From NCBI GenBank assembly GCA_013239625.1, contig MU054212.1, forward strand, positions 3,543,041 through 3,607,040: 64,000 bases of DNA, read 5' to 3'. The position numbers were made by a program, and so were the translations under genes. Origin of the DNA: Lama guanicoe (lineage: Eukaryota). The notes under the pieces are model-generated. The model was not told where the DNA came from. It was given only the letters and a program-made list of their open reading frames with translations, and made no database searches. Positions 49,353-61,172 of this stretch are shown piece after piece (positions within the stretch are counted from its first letter, which is position 1; each line of letters starts with the position of its first letter).

Positions 49353-52300
49353 GCAACAAAAGCACCGCCTTACAGCCAAGGAGGCATCATCGTTATGCCC
49401 ATCCTCACCTTTTGCGATGACTGGAAATAGGGATTATCATCCTTCTGTTACCCCCATGCTGAGAAAGGGATAAGTCCATCTTCTCCGCCTAAAGACAAAA
49501 TGACGAGGGGGGATTCTGCCGTCACTGCATGCCAGACGAGGCTGGAGCGCAGTTCTCCAGTCGTCCGGCCTCCTACCTGGATCGGGTGATGACTCTCAGC
49601 TTTTCATTCGGTGTGAAGGCCTTAGAAGGCTTATTTCACAGGCAGGCAGGGGAAGATTTGAAAAGCACTGGCTTGGACTCTTATCAAGTCTATTTGATAG
49701 AGAAACTGGAGGGTGCAAAATCAGAGAGCTCAGTCTGCTCTCCTTGTGATTTGATGTGACGGTTTCTGAGTGAAAAGCATAGGACGGAGGTGAGGGCAGG
49801 CAGCGCCTGGTACTTTTCAGCAGCAGGGACGCTGGGACTCATTGGGCGCTAAGGGCTCCAAACGGGACACGGATGAAGGAACACTTTTCCCGTGACGCCT
49901 GCAACCGGGTGAGAAGACGGAACTGATGGAGCAGGACGGAAGGAAGGAGCTATACTGCAATTGTAAAGGCTTCTCATATTTAGATCTATATTATTTTTCT
50001 TAGACTTACTAATAGCGTTGGTGAGGCTGAGGCAAGATGAGGCCAGCTGCATGATCTCATTCCTGGGTCCTGGCTATTATGACCGCCAGCGTTCCTGTCA
50101 GGAGCTGGGGGCGCTTTTGTTCGCATGCAACTCAAGAGAATTTCTCCTTTCTTGTCACAGGCAGCTGGTCCAGAGCTTCACACAGTACAAAATATTTGTA
50201 AAAGCTGGCATCTTTTGGATTTTTCCATCTATAGCCCATTTGAAAAGCTGGCATTTACAATTCCCTGAAGTATCCATCTCTAATGAAAACAATGTCAGAG
50301 CCTTCAGCACTTTGGCATTTTCTGGACACACTATAAATATACACGATATATTTTATCACGTACTGCATGTTAGAGCACAGGGGCAGAGAACAAGCACCAG
50401 GGAAAATGGTTTGAGGCAATTCTTTCAACATATTTTCCAAGGCCATTTCAAATGACGCCCCCGTCCTTGAACTCCCTGGTGACCATTTTAACAGCAACAA
50501 GGACCATTTGGTAACCGGCGAGGACTGCAGGTTGCATTAGGCTGTAGCTGATAGAAAGTCTACTGTCCTTTGTTACTAAGGACACTGTATTCTAGCCGAT
50601 TATAAAGATGTTTAAAGCTTTCTTAGCACCATATCCCTAAAACTTCACAATGCTGTGAAGTATTTCTGCATAGACTTTATCATTAAACCGTTTATCGAAC
50701 TTCTGATAGTCCTTGCATTTAACCACCTCCTTGACTGTTGACGTGATAACAGAAATCCTGGGCAGAAACCTTGGTCAACGAGAGGCATCTGTCAGGACTG
50801 GGTACCACAGATGGCTCCCCAGATGAACACTGCCTCATCTCCTCACCCAGTTGTCCCCACTGTACCGCAACTCACTTCATTATCTGCTCGGGTGATTCCT
50901 GCAACCAGAAAATACAAGGCAAGACTCCTGGGGGCAGATACACTCTTAGGAAAATAATTTTAGTCCCACCTCCAATCTTTCCCCCCAGCTTTTTGAAACT
51001 TCAAAACCAGCTGAGCAGGCTGGTGATAGTTCAGGCTGGATGGCTGCCACGCAGGGATCGCAGTGTAAGAACATGGCCCAGAGTTCTTTTGATTTGCCAG
51101 CATCTATCAATTATCAGACAGCTTATCAGGGAGCTGCCGCTTGGGGGATACCCCTTTATATGACAAAGGAGGCTCAGCTCGTCCCGGATACATTCATGGG
51201 CTGGGTGACGCCTCTGTGTGCACCAGATCAAGGTGTGGCCCTGCTGGCGGATACTAGGGGAGAACTCAGCCAAAAGAGCCACACGTGTGTGTCGCCATGG
51301 AAGCGACGTCTTGACAGGGCGGTCCCTGTAAAAGTGAAATGTTTAATGATGAATAATTTCGTTTGAAGCTCTTCTGACTCCACGTTTTCACAGAAAATGA
51401 AACCACGGGAGGCATGAAAATCTCAAAAGGGCCTTTATACATAGATTAGTGTGGTAATTCTCTCATTACTATGTTCTGAGGAAGAGCTTCTTACACCAGG
51501 CTCTGTGCTTTGCCTTCCGTTATAACATGGTTTTGCATTAAGTGTTTTAATAAAATGTGAAATTAAATGATCATCCCTGGTGATACTCAGCTTTCGGTCG
51601 AGGTAAGGGAAAACGTACTTCCACAGCACATGAAAGCCAAAGAGATGATTTTGTCCCCAATGACGAGATCGTTGGTCAAATGACATGGTTTCCCACGGGT
51701 CTGCGGCAATCCGTTAACTGGGAATTTGTTATTACTCTTTCCTGCACCTTTGAGGATTACGAATAATGTAGCCCATTTATAGCCATGGGAATATGCATGC
51801 TGTCAGAAGCCAACCAATTTAATTTATTCTTTTTTTTTTGCACATTTAACCAGGTAGCATTGGGGAAAGCAATTATTAACAGTGATAGTTTATGCCATTT
51901 TTAACTATCTGTGCTTCTCTCTGCTGTAAGAGTAACAGCAGAGAAATAGAAACTTCCAGAGTAACACTGATCTATTGACAGGTTTATACATTGATAACAA
52001 GAGACATAAACAATCAAGGGAGATGGAAAAATACGACTTTTTTGTAGAGAAAATGATGAAACCTCTTTTCATACGACTCATTTAATGAAACAGTCCTTCA
52101 AAACCACTGAGGTTTTTGTTTGTTTCTGAAGCAAGCGGTATTGACTGCAGAACAAGAAGCTGTCCCACCAGTGACGACAGGGAAGGAGCAAGAGCTCTTG
52201 GAAGCTGATTGCTCTTGTTGGGCACGACTACGCCAATTCTCCCTTCCAGAGACAAGGCAGGCTGAGGCTGACAAATTAAAAGGGCAACTGCTACATGTTA

Positions 52301-52394
52301 ATTGCACTAATTCTCCAACGATGTCCCAGCTTGGCTGCCTCCTGAGGCTTCTGCTGCAGAAGACTCGGCTCTGAGACCAATTACCTGCAGTCAT

Positions 52395-52620
52395 AGTTTA
52401 GAACTTGGGCTCTGAACTGAGACTCTCTAGATCTGAATCCTGGTTCTGCCACTTACTACCTTGGGCAAGTTTCTTAACTGTCCTCCAGTTTCGTCTCTTT
52501 GTCTGTACATTGATCCTGTAAATTTCACACTCCCGTAAGAAGATGAAATGAGATACTACGGATAAAGCACTTGGAACAGAACTCGGAACGTGGCAGGTGC
52601 TCAATCAGTGTTAGCTGGTG
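52395..52620 (+). mobile_element. MIR SINE, near full length
   Basis: gtttagaacttgggctctga...tgaatcctggttctgccacttactaccttgggcaagtttcttaac...aaatgagata...taaagcacttggaacag...ggtgctcaatcagtgttagct. Confidence 0.8.
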
Positions 52621-53240
52621 TCAGACACAGAACCCCGAGTTCCCCCCAGAAACTTACAAACGCCGGTCCTTCCGTCTTTACTTTCACGACACATCATAAC
52701 CATGATGTAGCTGGACAGTGGTGCTATTCTCCTAACTAACACCTACTCCTAATTAAGGAAGACCTGCAAGTTGTCACATGGAGCTCATCCTTTCTGGAAC
52801 TGTCTGGAGTCCAATCTGTGTGATAAACACTAAACAAACTAAATTTCATCAGCCTAGTCTCTCTGGGCCTTGGAGACATTTTCCGTTTTAGCAGAATCAG
52901 TAGTTTCTGCTCTCGGTGGAGCCGAAGCCAAGACCTAATGACTTTAGTGAAATTGCTCCCTGTGGTAGATTTCACATAAAGGTGCCTGATTTGCATCTTG
53001 CAGGTGAGAGGAAAGAAAATAATGATGAAAAATGCAAATAATTCTGTGTGGTTGTCACAAAAGCACTTCTTATTGTCTCCTTTTCCTTCTCCTAGGTACA
53101 TGTTTGCACAATGTTATCAGGAGCTATTTGTAAAGGAAATTAACAAATACACAATCCAGTCCCGCACAAGAGGCAAAACTTACGGCTATGCTGTTTTCAC
53201 TATGAGTTTAAAATCAGGGTCAGTCCTCTAGTGCACACGG

Positions 53241-53241
<1 letters not shown>

Positions 53242-53270
<29 letters not shown>
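53242..53270. repeat. (CA)14 microsatellite
   Basis: Direct reading. Confidence 0.95.
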
Positions 53271-53272
<2 letters not shown>

Positions 53273-53339
53273 TTATCAGTACATATGCCAAATACATATA
53301 CCAACTGATCATGGGGCAAAGAAATTGGAATCTGCTGAT

Positions 53340-53512
53340 CATAAAACCATAGAATATAGAAATCATCTAAGACAACAGACAGACTTTACAGATTTAAAAC
53401 TGAACACTTGGCATCTAAAGATTGCTACGTTATTGACTCAAGGTCAGAAAATAAATTAAAGCCAGAGCTAGAACTAAAATTCACACTCTGGCCAGCTTCT
53501 ACCACATCATCC
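53340..53512 (-). mobile_element. MIR/MIR3 fragment
   Basis: agaaatcatctaag...ttacagatttaaaactgaa...ttgactcaaggtcag...gccagagctagaactaaaattc...ttctaccacatcatcctgcct. Confidence 0.5.
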
Positions 53513-54212
53513 TGCCTCTGTTGACAACATGACTCTGAACTTGCTTTCAATTATTCAGATAAATGCTGAGTAAAACCTTGTGAGGATCTGAGAACATACC
53601 CGATCTTTATTTCTTGACCCAACATGCCAGAAGAAGGTCAGGTTGTTAATCTTGTATTATTTCTTGATTAAATAATTGACATACAATTTACTTCTTTCTA
53701 GAGGGATTAATAGGTTTCTCTGGTGGTAAGAAGATATTTACACCAGAGTCTTAAAAATACTGAGTAGCATTACAGAAAATAAATCAACAAAAGTTCAAGT
53801 TACTTTAATCTATCCATCATATGCTAAGTCAGTCCCTTTCAAATTAAAAATTGCTAAGAACTATCCAGCTGGCAGTGATTGCCAATGTTTTAAATGCATG
53901 CCTTGTGTGAAACCATTGCTTCTCCTAAAAGAACAGTTTATTTTCTGCAAGACGAGGGCTTCTAATTTTGTTTGTTTTATTCAATTTTCATAGACTATAA
54001 TCACATTACTGATACCTTCTGTATGGTAAATTTGTTTTCTCACCTTCCAATAATATTGAGACATCTTTTATTTGTATTAAGCAAAGTACTAAAAGGAAAC
54101 CCATGTCTTCATATATAATCAAAATCTAGTTATTCATCAATTAACTGGTTGGTTCTTAATCATGGTAACTTCGCCCATTGAAAAAGGGAAAGGGCTTTGG
54201 CTCAAAACCCAC

Positions 54213-54246
54213 TGCTGCCACCTAGTGTTACTGGACAAGCACTGCC
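54213..54246 (-). promoter_or_regulatory. candidate CTCF site (core plus upstream module)
   Basis: Minus strand reads GGCAGTGCTTGTCCAGTA-ACACTAGGTGGCAGCA; core differs from CCACTAGGTGGCAG at one position; GCAGTG starts 17 nt before the core. Confidence 0.55.
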
Positions 54247-54299
54247 ACCTCCTCCACTTTATCCCTCGTCTTTGTGTCAGAGACACCATCCTCTGTTTT

Positions 54300-54330
54300 G
54301 AGAGAGAGAGAGAGAGAGGGAGATGGAGAG
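54300..54330. repeat. (GA)n microsatellite
   Basis: gagagagagagagagagagggagatggagag. Confidence 0.85.
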
Positions 54331-55294
54331 ATCTGTTACTTTAGCGCTGATCTTAGTAATTAATTATTTAGGAAACTTTTGTCTGTTTCTATTGACTCTT
54401 TTATATTTGAATAGTCTGGGTTCCAGACACGCTTCTTTAATACGCTTGGCATTTGAATTCTTTGAAGGCTTTAAACTGAAGAATACTGAAGACAATGCGG
54501 TAGCTTAAGGCAGTCATCCATATTGATGAAGCCCACTATAAATAGACGTGCCCTGCAATAACCCACGTGTAAAAGCCATACGTCCTTTTGTTCTATTCCT
54601 ATTGATTCCAAAGCCCCTAAGGGCGTTTGTTGTCAATAGCTGAGCGGAGGGCATCAGAAGAAAGCCACAGACCACTACGTCATCTTGCATTACAGGGAAA
54701 AGACAGGCCCAGCAAAGACACCCACTACTGTATTCCAAGTAAACTGATCAAAGTACAAGAATTCTCCTGCATGAGACATTATTTTGTTGGAGAGGAACTA
54801 CCTTTCAAAGAGTCTAGAAGAATGAAATTTAAATATCTTTAAAGAGTCAAATCCATTCTACAGGGATGCTTTTATGCCATTCAGTAGAATCTCCTGGGGA
54901 AGGGCTGTTAGAAACGTGGAAGGCTGGCGCTCCACGGTAGAGAGCAAACAAGAGTGGCCGGTGTGTGAAGGGGGTGTCAGGACAGGAAGGTTACTGGGAG
55001 CATCCCTTGCCCTGCTGTAGATCTCTCTGGGAGGGAGCCTGGGAGAGAGGAGAGCTCTGTCTCGGAAACAGAAGAGCCATAACATTGTTAACAAGGGCAC
55101 AGGACCGAGGTTCTCTGGGTTTTTGGATGTGGATTTTCCCATTAACTTGGGTTGCAGTCTAACTCTGTTGGGTTTGTCTTACTCTTACTCATTTCTACAG
55201 ACCACACCTGCACAATATAAAATCAGGAGCGATTAAGCAGATACCTGGGACATTCTCTTCTGAAAATACAAATAGAATGAGCTACTCCTTGGTG

Positions 55295-55690
55295 CCGTCA
55301 GCTTTGAGATATATACAAAGTAATGGGTCCCTTAATCTCAGTGACTTAACTCACAAGAGCAATTTATTTATCATAGATGTTAAACAAGTGTTCTGTGGGC
55401 GGCCTCCCATGATGACATGCAGGGCCCCAGGGCCCCTCCACCTTCTCTTCTATCCACGAGGTCTTTGGAGACTTCGTTCCAGCCAGAGGGTGAAGAATGA
55501 GCGCACGTGGAGAACTGCACAAGATATTTGCACGACCAGACCTGGGACTGCTTTATGTCCCTTTCGCCCTCATTCCACCAGAGTTCAGATACATGGTTAC
55601 ACACATACACCATGGGCTGGGAAATACTGCCTAGATTTGTGCTCAGGAAGTAGAGGAAATAAGCGTTGATGACACTATAGTAATATGATG
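55295..55690 (-). mobile_element. MLT1J/I-like MaLR LTR
   Basis: aatctcagtgacttaactcacaa...tttatttatca...ggctgggaaatactgcctagatttgtgctcaggaagtagaggaaa. Confidence 0.65.
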
Positions 55691-55735
55691 AATACAGGAC
55701 ACACTCATCTCTCAGTACCATGTTTTTGTCAAGCA

Positions 55736-55940
55736 CAGGGGTCAGCAAACTGCAGGCCATGTGTCACATCGAGCAGACCACTCGTTTTTGTATGGCCCAA
55801 GACCTAAGGCTGGTTATCACGTTTCTAAACAGTTGGAGGACTATAAGAGAGAAAGGATATGCAGCAGGCAGCATTATGGCCCACAAAGCTTAAAATGTTT
55901 ATTGTCTGGGCCTTTCACAGAAAGTAATTGCTAACTCCTG
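55736..55940. mobile_element. MER58-family hAT-Charlie MITE
   Basis: TIRs caggggtcagcaa / ttgctaactcctg; internal gtttttgtatggccca and atggcccacaaagcttaaaatgtttattgtctgggcctttcacagaaa. Confidence 0.8.
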
Positions 55941-55949
55941 GTCCTCCTG

Positions 55950-56960
55950 TTTCACTTAGTGTCCTGGAGAGAAATAGATGCCACCTTCAAAAGAGCATTT
56001 AATGAAGGGCCTTGTATGGGTTTTCTCTTGCTACATAACAAATACTACAAACTTGGTGGCTTACAACAACATACATGTATTACTTCATAGTTTCTGTGGA
56101 TCAGGATTCTGGGCACAGCTTGCCTAAGATCTTAGCAGTTTACACTCCAGGTGTTGGCTGGGGCTGTGGTCTTGAAGAAGGGAAGGATTCCCTTCCAAGC
56201 ACCTTCGAGTTGTTGGCAGAATTGATCTCCTTGTGGTTGTAGGACTGCGGTCCCATCTTCCTGCTGACCACAGGCTGCCCGAGGGCTCCGGAGGCTTCCC
56301 ACAGTTGTCTGCTATCGAACCCTCTCCACAGGCAGTTCACAGTTGGACCGCTTTCTCACGGCCGGCGGAGCCTCAGAGAATGCAACCCAATCAAGGGAGT
56401 GACATCGCATCACCTTTGCCGTATTCTCTTGGTTCGGAACAAACCACAGATTCTACCTGTGCTCAAGGAGAGAGGGTTACACGTGGACATTACTCATCTG
56501 GGGGTAGGTGAGCATTATCCTAGGTGTGTTGGCTACAAGGCCATTCACAAAGGTTGAGCAGAGTTGAGAGAAACCCACAAGGGATGGGGAAACCCTGGCG
56601 ATGGGAAGCCACTGCCACTTGTAGGCCTGAGGGAGGAGAGGAGCAGTTACCCAAACAGGATGAGACTTCCAGCCGTGGGAGAGGACCCACACGGTGGCAC
56701 CCACGTCCTTCAGGGAGGAACGCAGCCACTATCAACCCGTGGTTTTGCAGGAGGACGTGGGGGGGGAGTAAAAACCAGAGCTTCCCTTTCTCCCAGTTCT
56801 CTGTCTCCTGCCTGACTTTCTCCCCAGAAACCAACAGAAAGTCAGAGGGTAATGGAGACTGACGGATGCAACCCAACGAAGTCAGCCTCCTAAGGCAGAG
56901 AGCAAGGTGGAGACAGGTGAGAGTGAATCTTGCAGGGGCAAATAAAAGCTATTCCAAATA
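55950..56960 (-). mobile_element. LTR41-like ERVL LTR split by an MLT1 insertion (pieces ~55950-56012 and 56539-56960)
   Basis: gaaatagatgccaccttcaaaagagcatttaatgaaggg | ttcacaaaggttgagcagagttgagagaaacc...ccaacagaaagtcagaggg...gtcagcctcc...gtgaatcttgcaggggcaaa. Confidence 0.65.
56013..56538 (-). mobile_element. MLT1E/F-like MaLR solo LTR
   Basis: tgtatgggttttctcttgctacataacaaatactacaaacttggtggcttacaacaaca...tttctgtggatcaggattctgggcacagctt...gttgttggcagaatt...aagggagtgacatcgcatcacctttgcc; near 5-bp TSD ggcct/ggcca. Confidence 0.8.
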
Positions 56961-58939
56961 TCTGGCTTTTGACTTTCTCACACTTCAAGGAAAACAGCAA
57001 ATATTCTTAAGATCAAATGATAAGGATAACATTTGTCTAATATGTAGTTACAACAGAAACAAGCATGAGCAGGGTCTGCAACCATTCAGAGGACCACGAA
57101 GGCTATGCAGGATCATCTGAGGCGCCGACACGGCTTGGCTTGCCTCAGAGGTAAAGCTGATCTCAGAGAATACCAAGGCTTACCCTGCTTCTAGGAAGGA
57201 AAATGCAGCGGCACGTAGCGCTCTAATCAAGCGGCACTGTTGAAGAATATTCTTCGTGGAAAAGAGGAATACAGCTCCACCCAACGCTGGGAGCAGGTGA
57301 CACCTGCCAGCCTCCCCATCTGGGTCTCCAGCCTAGTATCTGTTCTTAGATGGACTGTGAGCTTTCTGCACTGGGTCAGGACTGCTGGGGGAGCAGGCGT
57401 GCTGCACCTGGGGAAAGGTGGTGTTTAGAAGACCAGTCTTTAAGTTCCCACATTTCTAAGCGGCAGAGCCTTTGGACTGCTAGGTCCGCTTCCCCAGTCG
57501 GTGGCTCAGTGCATCACACAGAGCTGGGAGAGGGTGCCTTTAACAAGCGGGAGGATGTTGGGTCTGGATAATTAAGGAGACCGGTGCGAAAGGACGAGGG
57601 CACCTCATCTTCTGGCAGGTTTCTGGGGGCTTTTTTGTTTTGTTTTTCAAAAAAATATAAAAGAATAGGTGGTGATTCTCCAAAAATGAGTTTGGAATCC
57701 TTCTTAAATAACACGTGCGTAGAACTTGAGGATGTCTGGTGTGTGATAACGCCAAAAGTATCCACGATGCAGAAAGTGAGAGTGGAGTTCATAAACAAGG
57801 ATTTGAGCAGTAAATTCCACTAATAAAATTCGAGTAAGTTCTTTAGTTAATATAAGAGGATTTCCTTCCTATCACTTCCTCCCACACGCTGTACCCAGGA
57901 AGGTATTGCTGCCTAATTGAAACGTTTTCTAATAAGAGTTTGGGTAAAACTAATTTTAAAGAACTCATTAGCTAGATATGATAACATGGCAGGCTTCCTA
58001 ACAGCAGCTTTACTTGTTCCCTGTAAACAGAAAATTAATTAATGATGAAGAAAATAAATTAGTAATCGTATCAGAGGCATGAAAGGTAGTACTGTTTTCA
58101 ACTTCTATGAACTATTAGTTCATTTCAGCAAATTTCAATGGCCATGAAAGGTTCGTCTGAATACCAGGTTCTTGATGACTGGAGCCCCTGGAGTCAGATA
58201 CCATATGAGCTCGTAATGGTAAGATATTTTGAAGTCTTACTATAAAACGCGTCGCCTGGGAAAACATTAGCAGCAAAGTGTTGCTATCTCCCTGAGCTAT
58301 ACAAATACACACTTACTTAAAAATGAGAATCTTTAGGAGTCAAGTATAAGAAAATAATTTTTAACCACTTTTCTATTTTTTTAAATTTAATCTTAAATGT
58401 TATTTTTATAATACAAAAGTAAAGTTCATTTCAAAAAATCAAAGCGGCATGAAGTAGGTAAAATGTAGCCAGAAACTTGTTTTATGCCAACAAAGCAAAG
58501 CGGAGAATTTTGTTTTCTGAAGCAGGGTGGGGTGGGGTGAATGGTGGCTATTGGAGAAGGAAGGTTGTTTTATTTATGTTATTCAAGCCTCACCTACAAA
58601 ATGTCTTATTCTCACTTTAATGTTGAAGAGCCAATACATGGTTACATAAAACAGGGTTAAGTGGAATTCAGTAGTTACCCGTTTAAATTGGCCAACTTAA
58701 GTTCGTCAGCAACCAGAAGATTTCAGAAAATGTCACGTGGGGCATGCATTTTCTAAAGTTAAATTGGTATTTACATTGATTCCCTTACTGTAGTCGAAGT
58801 CTCACGTTATACTGAACAAGACAGGACCAGAACAAGATCCCTGGATGTAAAACACCATCCCTCAACAGTCTCCCCGCCCTTCTCCCTGTGTGCGTGATAC
58901 ACGCGCTACACAGTCCTGACTCCTTGCGTGGAGAAGTCA

Positions 58940-59375
58940 GCCCCTTCAGGACTCTGTTCTCTTTACATCCCAGGCTTGATTTGCACACACCCTGAAAACT
59001 CCTCACGTCAACCTACAGAACTGGGTGTCCTGGCTTTGTCTTCCATTTGTCCCTATCCTCATACCTTCAACAGGAGATTTTCTAAATTTGAAACACCCCT
59101 CCGTATTTATCCATCACATAAACTCCTCCACACCTTGGCGTGTAAGCACACCCGCACCCATAAAGTCTCCTTGTCACCCTCATGCACAGATTCATCATTC
59201 CTTCTGGGAACACACAGCACTCTGTGAAGATCACAGCAACCTGTTACGTGCTCGCATGCCCATCTTCACGACGGAACCGCAGGGGTTTTATTCTGACTTA
59301 CACCCACTCACCACTAGCACAGTGGCATAGAACAGATTTTGAGTCTTTATTTCAAAAATGAATCATTAAATGAAG
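58940..59375 (+). mobile_element. L2 fragment
   Basis: Pyrimidine-rich body ending ccactagcacagtggcatagaacag...ttcaaaaatgaatcattaaatgaa. Confidence 0.4.
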
Positions 59376-59820
59376 GGCTGAATATTAAATCTGCCTTACT
59401 GAGAATCAACAGTCCGTTTTCTATAGGACGGGAAAGAATAATGGATTCCGAAGCTTACACATCAGTTACTTATAATTTCAGGCAATATTAACAGCAAATT
59501 AACAAGGACCTATGCATCCTTGATCCTAGCACACATGCCGATTTCTAACCTCCTGAACTTACATATACGTAGGTGGGCTTCAGCTTTTCTAGATGCCTCT
59601 GCTAAACCTTGACCATATTAACAGGAATGGCAGAGCCAGACGAGATGGGCAAAGAAAGAAACAAGTTGATAAGTTTATTCAGGGATTTCTGAAAAAAAAA
59701 AAGGTTCATTCAGGGAGAAAATAAAATAGAAAGAATCCAGATGCATTGGAAATCTCTGAGAACCGCCAGGAGAACTGAATCTTTACATCCTGAACCTTGC
59801 CGAGCCGACACAAAGCACGG

Positions 59821-59854
59821 TGCAGCGTCTTCCCCGCGCCAGCAGAGGGAAGCA
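59821..59854 (+). promoter_or_regulatory. candidate CTCF site (imperfect core plus upstream module) in a CpG-retaining patch
   Basis: TGCAGCGTCTTCCCCGCG-CCAGCAGAGGGAAGCA; GCAG starts 17 nt before the core; core has A at a normally invariant C. Confidence 0.35.
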
Positions 59855-60099
59855 CGCGCTTCACTAACCCGGGAAGCAGGCTGTGCACAATTCCTGCGTT
59901 AGCAGCCAGAACTTGAGGAAGTGCTCCACCAACAAAGATCTCGGGATCCTTCCACCTCAAGCAAAAGTCTCCCCCCAGAATGATACCCTTTAAGTATTTT
60001 TGTATTAACATCATTTCATCGAGTTCTATGGCAGGTTTCAAACTGTGGTTGTGTTTCTGCTTTGAGGCTGAGGATGTAGGAAAGGATGTCGGCTGTGGG

Positions 60100-60290
60100 G
60101 CTGGCAGAATAGGCTGGTACATCTGGAGTCTACCGCTAAGTAGCCATGGGATTTGGTCAAGTTACTGAATCTTTCCAACCCTCCTTTTACTCACCTTTAA
60201 TACAGATAATAAGATCTACCTTGTGGAGTAAGATCACATAAACGTAGAAGTAGCAGCTAGATGTTCTGTAACCATCTTGCCCCCTTCTCT
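60100..60290 (+). mobile_element. MIR fragment
   Basis: ctaccgctaagtagccatgggatttggtcaagttactgaatctttc...ctcacctttaatacagataataagatctaccttg. Confidence 0.55.
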
Positions 60291-60608
60291 GTTTCTTCCC
60301 ACTTGGGAAAACAAACATCCACAAACGTCTATCACATGCAAGGCAAGGCACCTTGACAGAACCAAAAAGTGCCCAGAATCAGCCTTGCGTGAATTTGCCA
60401 AGTAAGACAAATTTCTCTGCCAGGAGATCTGGAGAGAGCATGAGAACACTAGGCCTACTAGTAATAATGTAACGTTTTTTGAGAGTGAAAAACAGAACAC
60501 ACATTATGGAATTAAAAAATATGGAAGGCAAAGCCATTTAAGAAAGTGTAATAAAGAACTGTGACAGTTCCCAGGACCTGGTAGGAATTCAAGAGAATTC
60601 AGTCCTCA

Positions 60609-61172
60609 CTTATGAAGACATGGAAAGCACCTTAAGTGTGTGTTGACAGGTGAATGGCTAAAGAAAACGTAACACACACACACACCATGGAATATTATTC
60701 AGCCATAAAAAGAAGGAAATCCTGCCATTTGCAAACATAGATGAAACCTGAGGGCAAATGCTAAGTGAAGTAAGTCAGAGAAATACTTTATGACATCATG
60801 TATATATGAAATAAAAAAAAAAACTGCCTCAAAGAAGCAGACAGTAGTTTGATGTTTACTTGGCAGGGGGGTGGGGAGGGCTTAGGGATACATGAAGTTG
60901 ATCCAAAGGTGCAAACTTCCAGTCATTACATGAATAAATGAACATGTTCTGGGGATCTGATGTACAGCATGGAGACTGTAGTCAATAATACAGTGTGTAA
61001 AATATTAAAGTTCTCACCACACACACACAACTGGTAACTATGTGAGGTGATGGATGTATTAACTAGCCTCATGGTAGTCATCATTTTGCAAAATATGCAT
61101 TATCAAATCATCCCATTATACACCTTAAACTTATACAATGTTAGAAGTCATAGTATCTCAGTAAAGCTGGGG
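60609..61172 (+). mobile_element. L1MA9-like 3' end (ORF2 terminus plus 3' UTR) with ~16-bp TSD
   Basis: atggaatattattcagccataaaaagaaggaaatcctgccatttgc...gttctggggatctgatgtacagcatgg...ggtaactatgtgaggtgatggatgtattaac...tatctcagtaaagctgggg; flanks gagaattcagtcctca (60593-60608) and gaaaagtcagtcctca (61173-61188). Confidence 0.85.

Noticed and set aside
50099..50116. GGAGCTGGGGGCGCT as a third CTCF site
   Set aside because: Matches only the 3' half of the core; the CCA and AG positions are mismatched.
50018..50500. Overlapping sense (145 aa) and antisense (81 aa) ORFs
   Set aside because: Neither resembles a protein family I recognise, and there is no convincing exon boundary pair. A tblastn/blastx hit would be needed to revive it.
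59706..60122. 138-aa ORF containing AGAGKT (P-loop-like)
   Set aside because: Lacks the first Gly of GxxxxGKT and any NTPase context; most simply a chance ORF across a GC-rich patch.
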